Positions 1 through 11,839 of a DNA stretch of 64,000 nt are shown here, piece after piece. A program made the position numbers and the translations under genes. The stretch's first letter is position 1; each line of letters opens with the position of its first letter. Below the pieces are notes generated by a model. It saw only the letters and a program-made list of their open reading frames with translations. It made no database searches and was not told the origin of the DNA. The DNA lies in contig CP089274.1 in NCBI GenBank assembly GCA_023920165.1, positions 682,001 to 746,000 on the forward strand, read 5' to 3'. The DNA comes from Curvularia clavata (lineage: Eukaryota).

Positions 1-1644
1 TTCTTTGGTGGCTTTACCCTAGCTAGCTTCTGCTGTGTGACACTGTAAATGTCGTAGTCTGTCAGAGTGCAAATGTTCTCGAGGTCCTTTTCTTTGGTCT
101 TCTCGTTCTTGGCCATGACCAGCTGGCCATCAGGGCGCAGCGTCAGGAGGCGCTTGCTCCACTTGCCGGGCCTGGACGAGTACTGAATGAAGCAGGACAT
201 GCCTTCGGGCCTCGTCTCTGGCACTTTGTAGGCAAGCAAATCATCTTGGTCAATGCCATCCACGTCCGAGTCGATGATGGTGAGCTCGTTTTGGTTGTCA
301 TGGTCCCACGAGTTCATCACGTCTCGCACATATTCGTAGTTACGAAGGGGCCGCGTGATGCTAACTTTGGCGAAGTACTCGGAAATGACTGCTGTGCGGA
401 TGTCAATGGGGTCAGTTAGCACAGTCGCGGCAGACTTGATGAGGTCCAAAGGTGTCGTAGTGGGCGTCACTGGTAGCAATATGCGTTTCTTGTTGCATAC
501 AATTGTAACGCGCTGGTGTCTGTTAGCCTGATTAATTGCAACAAGAAACCAACCAACGTACCCTGTCGCCAGCATTCACGGCTGATGTTGGCGCATCAAT
601 GCCCAAGACTACACCGCCTCCGCCCGGCCGGATAGTCTCGTCCTCGTGGCTACCAAAATTGAGGCTGAGCTGCGGCGGAGCAGAGTGCTGCGCGGGAGCG
701 TCTAAGCCCAGAGCGTCGTCCTTTCTCCTCTTAAACATGCCGAACCCGACCTCCTGCTGTCGCGGAGGCGAAACCGAAGGGGGTGACGAAGGTAGTTTTT
801 GTGAGCGTTCCTCGAGCTTTGCCAGTGCGGCCTGACGCTGACGCTCTTCCTGTCTTGCCTTTCGGCTCTCATCCTCTCTGGTTTGCGACGTCTTTCGGGA
901 CTCAGCCTTCTGCAGTCGTTTTCCACGCTCCTGTTCTGCGTTTTTCGCGGCTCTTTGCCGGCGCAGCGCCTCGGCCTCTTCAAACTCCTTTTGCTGCTGC
1001 TGTAGGCGTGCGGCTTCCTCTGCTTCCTTGCGCAACTTCTCGGCCCTGTCCAATTCCGCCTGTTGAGCCTGCCTCCTTGCGCGTGCCTCTGCGTCGTACT
1101 TTTCCTTCATCTGGCGCTGGCGCTCCTTCTCCTTCCATAGAATCTCCCTAGCACTGTCATCTCCGCTAAGGGATTGTTGTCTGTGCGCATCGTGTGCAGG
1201 CGGTGACGCTTCTGGTCGAGTTCTACCAGTCCGCGGGCGGCGCTGGGCAGTATTGGCGGCATGCAGCCTCTGTGGCGGGGAATTTGGACCATCGTTGGAA
1301 GAAGTAGAAGGCGGCGACTGCGAATATAGAGGCGGCGGGGCGTCAAAAGTTGTGTTGGAGCGTGGAACAGGGGGTTGTGGGCTGGTCACGTGTGACGTCG
1401 GTGGCCGGCGATGGTAGCGGCTCATACTCCTGCTGAGGGGAGCGTCGTTTTGAGGCTGGGAGTCTGGTACGGGGGGCACGGCAGGCATAGCAGGCATTGC
1501 AGGTATGGCCTGTGGAGATTGTTCGTGGTGCGCATATTGTCCTGGAAGGCTGGTGTGTTGCTCCTGGGCACGGCGTACGCTCCTATAGCGAGACATCTTT
1601 TGCGCAGACGCCGCCGCTGGCGAGGTCATTGCTTCGGTCGCCAT
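1..1644 (-). CDS. PH-domain protein with a disordered/coiled-coil N-terminus and a preceding ubiquitin-like (RA-like) domain; runs off the window edge
   Basis: Exon 1 is 1644-562. Intron 561-513 (GTACGT...GCTAAC...CAG). Exon 2 reads RVTIVCNKKRILLPVTPTTTPLDLI...RPLRNYEYVRDVMNSWD...SSRPGKWSKRLLTLRPDGQL; the WxKR..L segment is typical of a PH-domain start. Confidence 0.75.
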
Positions 1645-2802
1645 GGTGTTTGTGGGAGAGAATGCTGTGCGACGAGAGTCTTCGTGCCTGCGCGAAGAGA
1701 AGTAGGGAGTCTAGGAAAACAAGGCCATACAATGACGCTCAGCGATTGAGGGGGGGGAGAAACAGGGATCGGTGAAGAAGAAGAAGAAGTAGGCACAAGC
1801 GGCAGGTGCACGCGGATAGGTCGGCGTCTAAACTCTTGACATTAAAGTACCTGAAATGCAATCACCAGGACGCGGCAGCCAACCAGAACGGCGGCCCCCG
1901 TTTGTCTGCTGGCGGTCCCTCCTGAAGAGACTGAAACCTGGCAGGTCGGCCATACGCAGGCGCGTGCACTAGCAGAATAGTCCACCTGACCGTCCCTGGC
2001 CGTCAGTGCCGCGCCAGCCACAAGTCCAGCCCTGAAACGCCGCGCTCGGACGCGCGACCTGAGCCACAAGACGCTATCCCAGTGCTAGGCGTAGGATGCA
2101 TGAATGCGGGTGCACATTGCAGCACGGAAATAGATGGCGCTGATCGCAATGTAGCCCATAGGGTGAAACACGGAGGTTTGTCAGGTAGAGTACGGCATAG
2201 GCGTGCCTATTTGTGGCACCTTGTATCCGCCAGCACCAACGCTACAGGTGTAAGCAAGGCTGGACTATAGTAATCTTAGTACTATGAACGGGAGTGCAAA
2301 CGTAGTCCATTCCAACGACTGTCACTCGAAATAATATCTTGTGCTCACTGGGCTTGATACATGCCACATCTTTTTTAGTCCAAAACAAACCAGGCGTGCA
2401 AAAGCATGAGCAATCGTATTGGGATAGCCGCAAGATGCCAGACTTGGGCAATGAGGCACTCCATCTTTCTTTCTTTCTTTGTTTGTTTGTTTATGTACAA
2501 ATGGCCAACCAGGGAAACTCAAACCTTCACCAGGGGTATTTTCGTCCCATGCTCACCGGTTCTGCCCTGTGTCACCATAATTCGTACTTTGTTGCACCAA
2601 TATCCCTAGCGGTAAAAATAGAACAAAAGAAAGCAAAACGATCTCATCTTGGTATCTTACAAAGATAATGGTTGAGGGAGAAGAAGAAGAAGTAAATGGA
2701 CGGGTATCCAGAGAAGAGAATCGAAGGTAATTGAAAAGAAGGGTGAAGAAGCAGGAAAGGGTGCCTGGCATACAAGGCAGATCCAACAGCGCCTAAAAAC
2801 AA

Positions 2803-4564
2803 CTAGCGCCACAAGTCTGCCCTCGAAGCTCGCTTCTCACGGCCAGAGTGCGTCATCCAGCTTGCACGCGGGCTGGGTTGACCGCCGAGTGAGTTGGAGT
2901 AGCCATGTCCAAAGCCGCCACTAGGAGCCATATGGCCTGCACTTCTCGGCCTCCCATCATTGTCAGCAGGAATGGCGAGGAAGCCGCCAAAACCATTTGG
3001 TACAACAATGCTCTTACGATCGCCACCCCACTGCGGTCCAAGGCCCTTGTGCGCCGAGTAGCTGCTCAAGGGTCGACCTCCAGCCATGGACGCCCGGCGC
3101 CCTGCACCCTCAGGAGGTATGATGGAGGTGAAGATCCAATCCAGCTCGTCCAGGCCCTTTGAGTAGACTTCAAGAGGCTGGTTGAACATGGGTGGGGGTG
3201 CTTCGCTGAACGGACGCACAGGCGGCGCAAGTGTAAGAACCTCTGGGAAATCAGGATCACGGACCCAAAGCTGTCGTAGAGCCGGGAGACCGTTGGACAT
3301 GAGCGAATTGGCCAGATACTGGTAGTAGGATGCGGCAGGCGGGTACATCTGGTTGCTGGAACTTGAAATGACTTCGAAGTTGAGCTTGTGCAGTGTGTAC
3401 GAGTTCATTGGCGGGATTGGATCCAAGGGAAGAGATGTCGAGACAGTGCATGTGTACTCGAGCGTCCGTAGATTCACTGCTGCCTGCAGAACAATGTGAA
3501 GAGACGAGACGGGGAAGCCAGAGCAGTCCTTTAGCACTAGTGTCCTCAGCCGGGCACTGCACATGGGGTTATGCAGAAAGTCGGCCAGTCCCTGGGCAGT
3601 CAGTGCATTGCAGTTCTCCAGCCGAAGAGTTTCCAGGGCGGGGAAGTTTGGGATCCCAGGGGCATCGTGGAAAGTGGAATCGTTCAACCATGGTGCGTTA
3701 ATGACGGTGAGCTCCTTGAGCTGAGGAAGCATGCCGAAGACCTGCCTCAGGATGCTGGGCTCTATGCGTATTCCGTTGAGCTCAATGGTGATGAGCTCCT
3801 GCCAGTAGCCCTGGAGAAGCGACTCGAGCGATTGTTCTCCGCCCTCGTTGTACTTCATTCTGCGGATGTGGGGGCACCGTGCCTGCAGCTCCTGGCGCAG
3901 CAGCTGGCAAGACGGGTCACCATTATAGAAGCCATCCGGGAGATCAATGTACTCGAGGTTGGGGCAGCCTGAAACCGTCCGCGCCAGGTCGGCCTTGCAG
4001 GCCTCTCGGGTCATGTATGGGAGCTTGATGAAGCGGACACGCTGGCCGAGGTACTGGTTGCCGCGGACGCTCTGGCCGAGCTGCTGGAGTCGTAGGGTGG
4101 GAGCGTCAATCTCGTCGCCGTTTCGCGACTTGCGCCGGCGCTGGTCAGCGTAGATTTCCTCGAGCTCGCAGTAGTGGACAGCATCGATGCGGATGCTGTT
4201 GTATCTGCAGGCCAGTGAGTTAGTGTGCGTGTGGGGGGTGGAGGAGGGGGTGGTAGAGTGTGACGTACAGCAGGCCAGCAGCGACACCATACCATTGTCG
4301 CTTTGTGAGGGCACAATGGGCCAAATCTCGCATGTCGCAGCTCATGCAGCCGTCGTTGCCACTGTCCTCGCTGCCGTCCAGTGTCTCGTCGGCCGAGTGA
4401 GGGCAGACGTGCTCGAAGATGCGGCGGAGGACATTGTCTGGGAGGCGGACAAACTGGTCGGGCCCATGGTAGTCGTAGATGGCGGGGGCGTAGAGGTCGT
4501 TGCGAGGACGCGATTCGGTCTTCTTGGAGGCCTTGTTGCGGCGGAAGCGCTTGAAGAAACCCAT
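2803..4564 (-). CDS. F-box protein with a leucine-rich (RNI-like) repeat region
   Basis: Exon 1 (4564-4269) has the F-box start RLPDNVLRRIFEHV. Intron 4268-4205 (GTACGT...CTAAC...CAG). Exon 2 has LRR-like units CPNLEYIDL, LPQLKELTV, FPALETLRL, NLRTLEY. Confidence 0.85.
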
Positions 4565-5556
4565 AATGCCGCGGGGAGAGCTAGGGAGAGATTAGAAAAC
4601 GGACGGCATGCACGCGGCGGAGGAGATATTTCAACCAGGGCGTTGGCGCGGGCGTGGTTGTTTCTTTGTCCGCTGTTTCAAAAAGTGGGTAGGTGAATAC
4701 TAACTCGCGTCTGTCTGGCGCAGCTTGCGGGGAAGACAAGAAGCCGCGCTGCCGAGAAGCCATGGATACGTTACTAAGGCTAGCGGTCCCGATTCACACA
4801 GACTCACACGGCCCCGTGTAATGTGCTCGAGGAAGCAGTGGCGCCAATGCACACGAGAGTGGAGTACACAAATTGCAGGCGAGCCGCGGGCAGCGTACAA
4901 AAGGTAATAATTGTAGAAGGCGAGGGGGCAGACCGAGGCGTTTAAGGGGCTCAGCTCCACCTGGGATTATGTGTACTCTGCGAGAGCAACGGGCAGCTGA
5001 CGGAGCTAATGCGAGCTGGCCGTGTGAGCCAAAGCTTGAGGGCGGCGATCGTCGTGTGCCTGTGTCGCCAACCCAGCCGTCTGGCGCGCCGACGCCGCCG
5101 CCAGGAGGGCGTGAGGAGCATGAGTGGTGAGGGCGAGGTCACGTGTCGACGTGGCCTGCCGCGGGCGGGCGACGGTTGGCCAGGGGTAACCCGGGTGAAG
5201 GAGGGCGGGAAGTGCTGGCCCCTTGTCCTTCATTCACTGCCCGCCCACGCTACCGCCCCGAGACCCTGCCACACGCTGCTGTGCTTCCATGTCTGTATCG
5301 ACGAGACACGCTCGACGGCGCCGCCAGCGGGCTGCCCGTGGCGCCGTCAGATACAAGTAGTAGACCCAGCTGTGTGTGCCTGTCTGCTAGCTTCTCGCAC
5401 GCTGTGTGGCGTCTTCTTTAGCAGCACTGCACGCAAACCCTCCGCCGTCGCACGGGCACGCGCGGGTCCCTTTTTTGGACGCGTGGAGCCCGTAATCAGA
5501 CGACGTCGCGGCGTACAAATAGCTACATGCCTGTCCATGTCCATGGCCTGCGTGGG

Positions 5557-5650
5557 CAGCAGCAGCAGAAGCGTGGCAGAGGCAGAGGGAGCAGCAGTAG
5601 TAGTAGTAGTCGTATCAGCAGTGATGGCAGCAGCAGCAGCAGCAGCAGCC
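5557..5650. repeat. CAG/TAG trinucleotide low-complexity tract between the divergent F-box and NRP1-like genes
   Basis: Directly visible (CAG)n and (TAG)n runs. Confidence 0.8.
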
Positions 5651-6319
5651 AATGTCGTCTCTTCCACGCCGACTCATGGCCTCCCTGAACCCCGTCGCCT
5701 CTGCAGCCATGCTCTCGAGCCCACTGCTGCCAATTGCCTCGTCGGCACAACGCCAGAAGCCCATCTCAGGGACCAGACGGGCACACAATCCCTCGCGTCG
5801 TAGCCGTGGAACCCGTGAAAAAGAAAACGCATGCAAAAAAAATATTGTCCACATGCCAAAGTGCTCGCTGCCTGTGACACGCCCGACACTAAACTCGAGC
5901 TTCCGCCAAGATCTCGAAGTCGTGCCTTAGCTCTCTATCCACGTCAAGAAATCTTCCGGCATCATTGCACGGAGCCTCAGGTCGTCCGTCCCCATCACAG
6001 AGCACCTGGTTTCATCTCGCCGGGACTTCTCTCCTCCCGCCTTCCATACACCTCGAGGCTCCGTTTGTTTTCCCCTTCACTCGCTGTGTCCTTGCCAGCT
6101 GTTTGTTCCCCACTTCATCTTTCGTATTGACAAACTCCCCGCTGACGTACTCGCGGCCACCTCCCTCGACCGCTGACCCCGACTCTCCGCCTCTTGTCTC
6201 CTACTCTCTTCAATTGCGGATCCGAACCTCTTGCCGCCACCACCGCCGCCGATCGGGACTGTACCGCCCAAGGGCAGCACATACTGACCGTGCAAGACAG
6301 ACTCACAGAGATAGCTGCC

Positions 6320-8331
6320 ATGGCCTCTCAACCCGCCCCGAGCCCCCAGGCCGCCAATCTCGACCGATACGTCGTCATCCACGTAGCCACCACCTGCGAC
6401 GAGCACGGCGTCTATGTCACCAAAGACTCGGCAGAGGTCATTGAGCTCGGCTGGATTCTCCTCGACGCAAAGTCGTGCGAAGAGGTGCGCGACCCCCAAC
6501 CACAGACTCGGCCCTCAATTGCTCACCTAATCCCAGTTGCATCGAGAGTCGGTCCTCGTCAAGCCCGTCAACACCCCAATCACGGCCCTGTGCAGTACGT
6601 AGCCGCTCCTTCCGTCACGTCGATAACCTCCGCTAACACTTGTACCCGTGCACAGCCAGCTTGACAACCCTCACCTGGGACCAGGTCCGCAACGCTGGCT
6701 CCTTCCGCGATGCCATTGAAAGGTTTAACAACTTCCACGCAGAGCACATTGCTCCCAAGAACCTCGAGTTTGCCTTTGTCACCCTCGACTCATGGGACCT
6801 CCGTGTCCAGCTGCCGCGCGAGGCCAGGGACAAGGCCGTTGTCCTCCCCCCATACCTCCAACACTCCCGTACATTCGATCTGCGTACCGAGTATCAGCGT
6901 TGGCAGGCACACCACCCAGAGTCGCTGCCGTTTGGCTCTAGCGCTCTGACCAACATTTGTGCCGCTCTCGAAGTGGAGCCCGTCCAATCGTCCGCGCCCA
7001 TCAAACACAACCTGCCCTTTCACCTCCAGGCCCTTGCCCCCGCCTCACCGCGGCGGGCAATGGAGGAGGCCGTCACACTGACACGAGTCCTACGTGGTCT
7101 CATCCGCAAGTCACAGCCACCTCAAGACCACCCCGACGTGCTTACCAAGCCCATGGATGCTCGCGCTGATGTGCGTGCCTTCTTGTCGGAGCGCAGCAAG
7201 GTCCTACACATGAGCGGTCTGCCTCATGATACTACCCAGTCGGAGCTTGAGAGCTGGTTCACTCAGTTTGGCGGTCGCCCAATTGCTTTCTGGACGCTGC
7301 GTACCCCAGACCAGCACAAGCCAACTGGCACCGGTTTCGCCATCTTCTCTTCCCACGAGGAGGTATGTACTGTATCAATCACCTTGGCTAAAGCGGTTTG
7401 CTAATTCGCTCCTTCCCAGGCCGCTGAGAGCCTCTGCATGAACGGCCGCGCCCTCAACGAAAAGGCCATCGAGGTCTCGCCCTCGTCCACCCGCGTCCTC
7501 GACCGTGCGTCCGACATCATCACACCATTCCCTCCTAGTAAGAACCGCCCTCGCCCAGGTGACTGGAACTGCCCCTCTTGTGGCTTCTCCAACTTCCAGC
7601 GTCGTACTGCTTGTTTCCGATGCTCTTTCCCTGCCATGCAACAGGGCCCGCCAGGCGGTGATCCCATGGCATATGGCGGCTACGGGTACGGAGGCCACCC
7701 AGGCATGATGGGTCCTCCTCAGCACCACATGGGTCACGGTCACGGTCACGGAATGGGTGGCGGACACATGCGTGGAGGTACTGGTGTCGTTCCCTTCCGT
7801 GCGGGAGACTGGAAGTGCGGTGAGAACGGTTGTGGATACCACAACTTTGCCAAGAACACGGCCTGCCTTCGCTGTGGTGCTAGCCGTGCTGGTGCCGCTG
7901 TTGTTGCCGACTCTGCGTTCCCCTCGCCCATGGACACTCCCTCTGGTTTCGGCATGGGTCCTCCTTCAATGGGTGCTGGTCCCGGCGCTGGTCCCTATGG
8001 TCCTGCTGGCTATGGCGGTGGCTTCCCGGCCCAGCAGTATGGCGGTCCCCCAAGCTCTTATGCCCTGCCTTCCGGCATGGGTGCGGCTAGCCCTTACCCT
8101 CCCATGGGTGGCCAGTACGTGCCCAACGGCGGCATGCATTCGACTCCCTTTGACAGCCGCTCAGCCGAGGCAGCCTTTTCCTCTGCGGACCCGTACCCTG
8201 CCCAGAACGCTCCTAACGGGGGCGACGGGCGTAACGATCCATTCGGATTTCTCTCGACTGGCTTCGGCTCTCTCTCCATGAACGATGACCGCCGCAACGT
8301 CACCAACCCCGCCAACAAGTCACCGGCGTAA
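6320..8331 (+). CDS. NRP1: RNA-binding protein: exonuclease-like N-terminal domain, RRM, two RanBP2-type zinc fingers, Gly/Pro/Tyr-rich tail (yeast Nrp1-like)
   Basis: Four exons; introns 6485-6536, 6595-6655, 7363-7419. RRM motifs VLHMSGLP and TGFAIF. Zinc fingers GDWNCPSCGFSNFQRRTACFRC and GDWKCGENGCGYHNFAKNTACLRC. Confidence 0.88.
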
Positions 8332-11300
8332 AAAAAATTACACAACTCGTACATAGGTATCGATTTTCATCTGGGTTAGCGTGGGGTGAATCTTGCAAGT
8401 GCAAATTTGATATGGGAATGGGAAACTCTTTTTTTCTCTCGGGTCGGAAACTGGGCTGGCGTGGAATGGGGGGGTGCGGGAGTTTTTGAAAACAAAACAG
8501 CATCGGGTTTCGGATTTTCAAAGAAGTTTGTGTGTGTGGCATTTGCAACAGAGAGTGGCTACCTGACTGGATGTGTGCTTGCGCGCGTATAGACTTGGTG
8601 GGGGGAAAACAAAGAGATGTTGGGGGGGGGTAAACAAACAAAAACCTCATTTGATGGAGTTCGATACCTTTGCAGGCGGTGGGGGGGACTTGGGAATCTG
8701 GGAAAGGGAAGGGGGTGTTTTTTTACGGTAGGGAGATATTGCCATCTTGAGTATTTTTTCTTCTCTTGTTTGTTAATTTGTTGGTTTTGTTTGTGAAAAA
8801 GAAAGAGTGAGAGAGAGAGTAAGGAGAGTGAGAGAAAAAAAGCTAGGGAAAGTTGGGGGAATCAAAAAAGTACAGCACACAGCACAGACAAATTGGATGC
8901 GTCTCCCTTTTCAAAGAAGGATAAGGTGAAGATGAGATATATATAGAGAGAGAGAGAGACAGGGATTTTCCTTTCGTATACTGGAAGGGGGGTCCTTGGG
9001 GCTATTGAGGGGAGGGGGAGACCTTTTTTTTTACTCGGATTCTCTGGGGGTGGATTTGTTTAATACTGAATTTTTTCTTTTCTTTTCTCTTACTTTCCTT
9101 TGATACTTACTTGAGATAAATTGAAGAATTAACAATTGCCTATAATTACTTGCAGTAGATGTTTGTAAAGTGGTGAGGAGGCGGGGGGATGCTGTGATGT
9201 ACAGTGGCAGTATCTCTCTTTCTTGTCTTTCTCCTCCTCTATGGAGGCGAGTTTCTTATTGTGTCGGCTGTGTTTGTCCTGGGGAGTATCTTCTCGGATA
9301 TGTAACAACCTGCTGCTCATTCCCAGAATATTGTTACTTTTCTTCTTGCTCTTCTTCCCTGTCCTGTGGATGTATAAGATTGAAGATTATACCAGTGTCT
9401 TGGAATCTGGGTTTTTGGCCTAGATTGGAATGGTTGAAATGTGTGACTAACGGTTGTAGGATTTGAGAAAAGGACCGCTGTGGAAAAGAAGTAAGCATGA
9501 AGGGAAGGAAGAGTGGCTGGGGACGAAACGGCGATGCGAGAGGAGAACTTGGGTCGTATCAGAGGCAGCCAAGTTTTGAGAAAAGGGTTGGAGGTAGAGG
9601 AGGGGAGTACGGGTCTCGAGGGAAGGAAGGATCCGAGGCAAAAATGAGGGATCTGACTAGGGCACTAGTGGAATAGTGCGAAGGAGGTATCAGGTTGTGT
9701 GGTGTGCGGGTACCTGCATACGCTTCGGGGGTAGAAAGGAGGAATGGGGGACGAGAGACATCTAGATGCCGTTCCCTAGGGAGATCAAAAGGTGGCCAGA
9801 ACGCCGACTACGATGACAACGGCGGGTACCAAGTACCTAGTTAGCTTGTAACAATTATTTTTCCCGATCATTGATTTTTGGTTCTTGTCCTTCTTAGAAC
9901 CACACAAGATAGTGGAGTTGGATACGTGAAGGCGGTGATACGCCGCCGCCCCAATCTAACCAGCTCCACGTTCTTGTCCGCTTATGAATATGTGTATTAC
10001 CGCGGGACAGAAATTTTTCTTACCAGACCCCTACCGTAACCGCAGCCGTTAAAGGGAGAGTGAGTGCCTTGGCAGACTACCTAGTCCCGCTAGTCGGTGA
10101 TTGACATCTCGGCATCCTAATGCGGTAGACTATAGTGCTTACATACTAGCTGCCCTCCGTGAGACACGGGAGAGAGTGTGTTTGCAACAAGGCCTGGATT
10201 TTCGGCCTTTTGGGGCGCAAGAGAGGGAAATTAGGGTGAGAAGGTGTAGGGTGGGGTGGGATCTTGGCTTTGCTTTGATTGCTGTGAGTGTATGGATGTG
10301 GCTGCATGCGTGCACGCAGAAAGCTAACGGAGGGAGGATTATTGGTTGGTATGCAAGGTACAGGTAGCGGGTTCTAAGGATTGCGCCATGGGGCGTGGTG
10401 GCTAGCTGATGCATGTGTCTTTCTTATTCTCTCGATATCTCTAGGTGTTGTGTGTATCTACGCGCAATCGTGTTCCAAGCAAACCAACGGAGTCTAGTCC
10501 GCGCGCGCACACCCGGGACAGGCTTTGAAAGATAAGATGTCTTTACTTGCCGGATGGGATTGAGTTTGTTGTTTAGTTTGATTTGAAGGGGATGGGCGGG
10601 ATCATGGCCTTTTTGCTTGGCGCACTCGCAGCAAAAACGCTCCCCCCACGCGCTGGTCTCCCCTATTCTGCTCTTGGAAATGTAAGATGTGAAGGATGGG
10701 AATGGGCGGCATCAGCGGAGTCAACCATACATATGCTAATAAGGTGGTTTAGTGGCGGGTGTACATATGCATGGTTCATTTCCGACGAAGTGATGGAGGT
10801 TAACGCCCATCTCATTGATTCCCTTGGATGCGCTATTTTTCCCGTGCTAGTGCTGTGACACGCAATACCTACTACGTGTGCAATGGCGGGCGCGCTGGGG
10901 AAGCATTCCTTCGCGATGCTCGGCTGTAGTTTGCACACCGTCCGTCGGCATAAGGTTCCCTGGCCAAGTCTTGTCCATCTGGTAATCGGATCAAGGTCCC
11001 TGGATGCGACCGAGATCAGGGACATGTTGTGCGGTAGGGATGGCCCAGAGCCGCATGCGCAGTGTGCAGCCATGGACGCAGGGATGCCAACCAAGCGACC
11101 CACGCCCTGCCTTGCCCTGCCCGCCGGCCGGTCGCGCCATGCCACCCGTTATCAGTCAGCTCGTCCACAGCGCTAGCGGCTCTAAATTTGTCTCTCTGCG
11201 CCGTCCAATCCAGCCGGTCGACGTGCAGTTTTGGTTCTAGCCGCTCTTTACTCAGCTTGGCTTCGTCGTGCTTTTCTGCGCTACCAAAAAGGCTAATGTG

Positions 11301-11839
11301 TAGTCTCCCATCCCAACGGCCCTCGACGTGCCTGTCACGGCGGCGACATATGTCTTCTGCTTACCATCATCATGGATTGCCGGGTCAGACACGACACTGA
11401 GTTGCACCGAACATGGCGCCGACTGCCCTCGCCTGCAAATTACCCTACGCGTTGCATCCTAGGCCATGGCCACCAGTGGATAAGGTACGATACGGTCCCG
11501 TCAGCGGCGGCGAGCTAGACAGATAATTACGACTGGCGCCATAAATCGGCCTTTCCGTAAACGCAGCGCCGTAGACCGTTTGTGGCTTCCGCTCGTATTG
11601 TAGTTGCTACTGTTCCAGCCGACTGTGGCAGAGCATGCATCCATGTCGTATCATTTCATGTCATCTCCAGGCCGCCGTGGCACAACAGCGCCTCGCTCGT
11701 CACTTTCACCTCTGGCCCAGTCCTCTTGACTTATCCTTCCCGCCCTTCCCACTTTCTCACTCTCTCCCCTCAAGTTCCACCTAGTCACACATACACGCTG
11801 GCCAAAATTACTCGCAGTACAGTGCGGGTCCCACCCGTC

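Noticed and set aside
5009..5803. 264-aa + strand ORF and overlapping short ORFs
   Set aside because: GC-rich, repeat-driven frame in a divergent intergenic region with no recognisable domain; best explained by chance.
11582..11839. N-terminal 86 aa of the track's 596-aa GT71 ORF
   Set aside because: Starts at GTG. ATG 11840 directly precedes the membrane anchor expected for this family.
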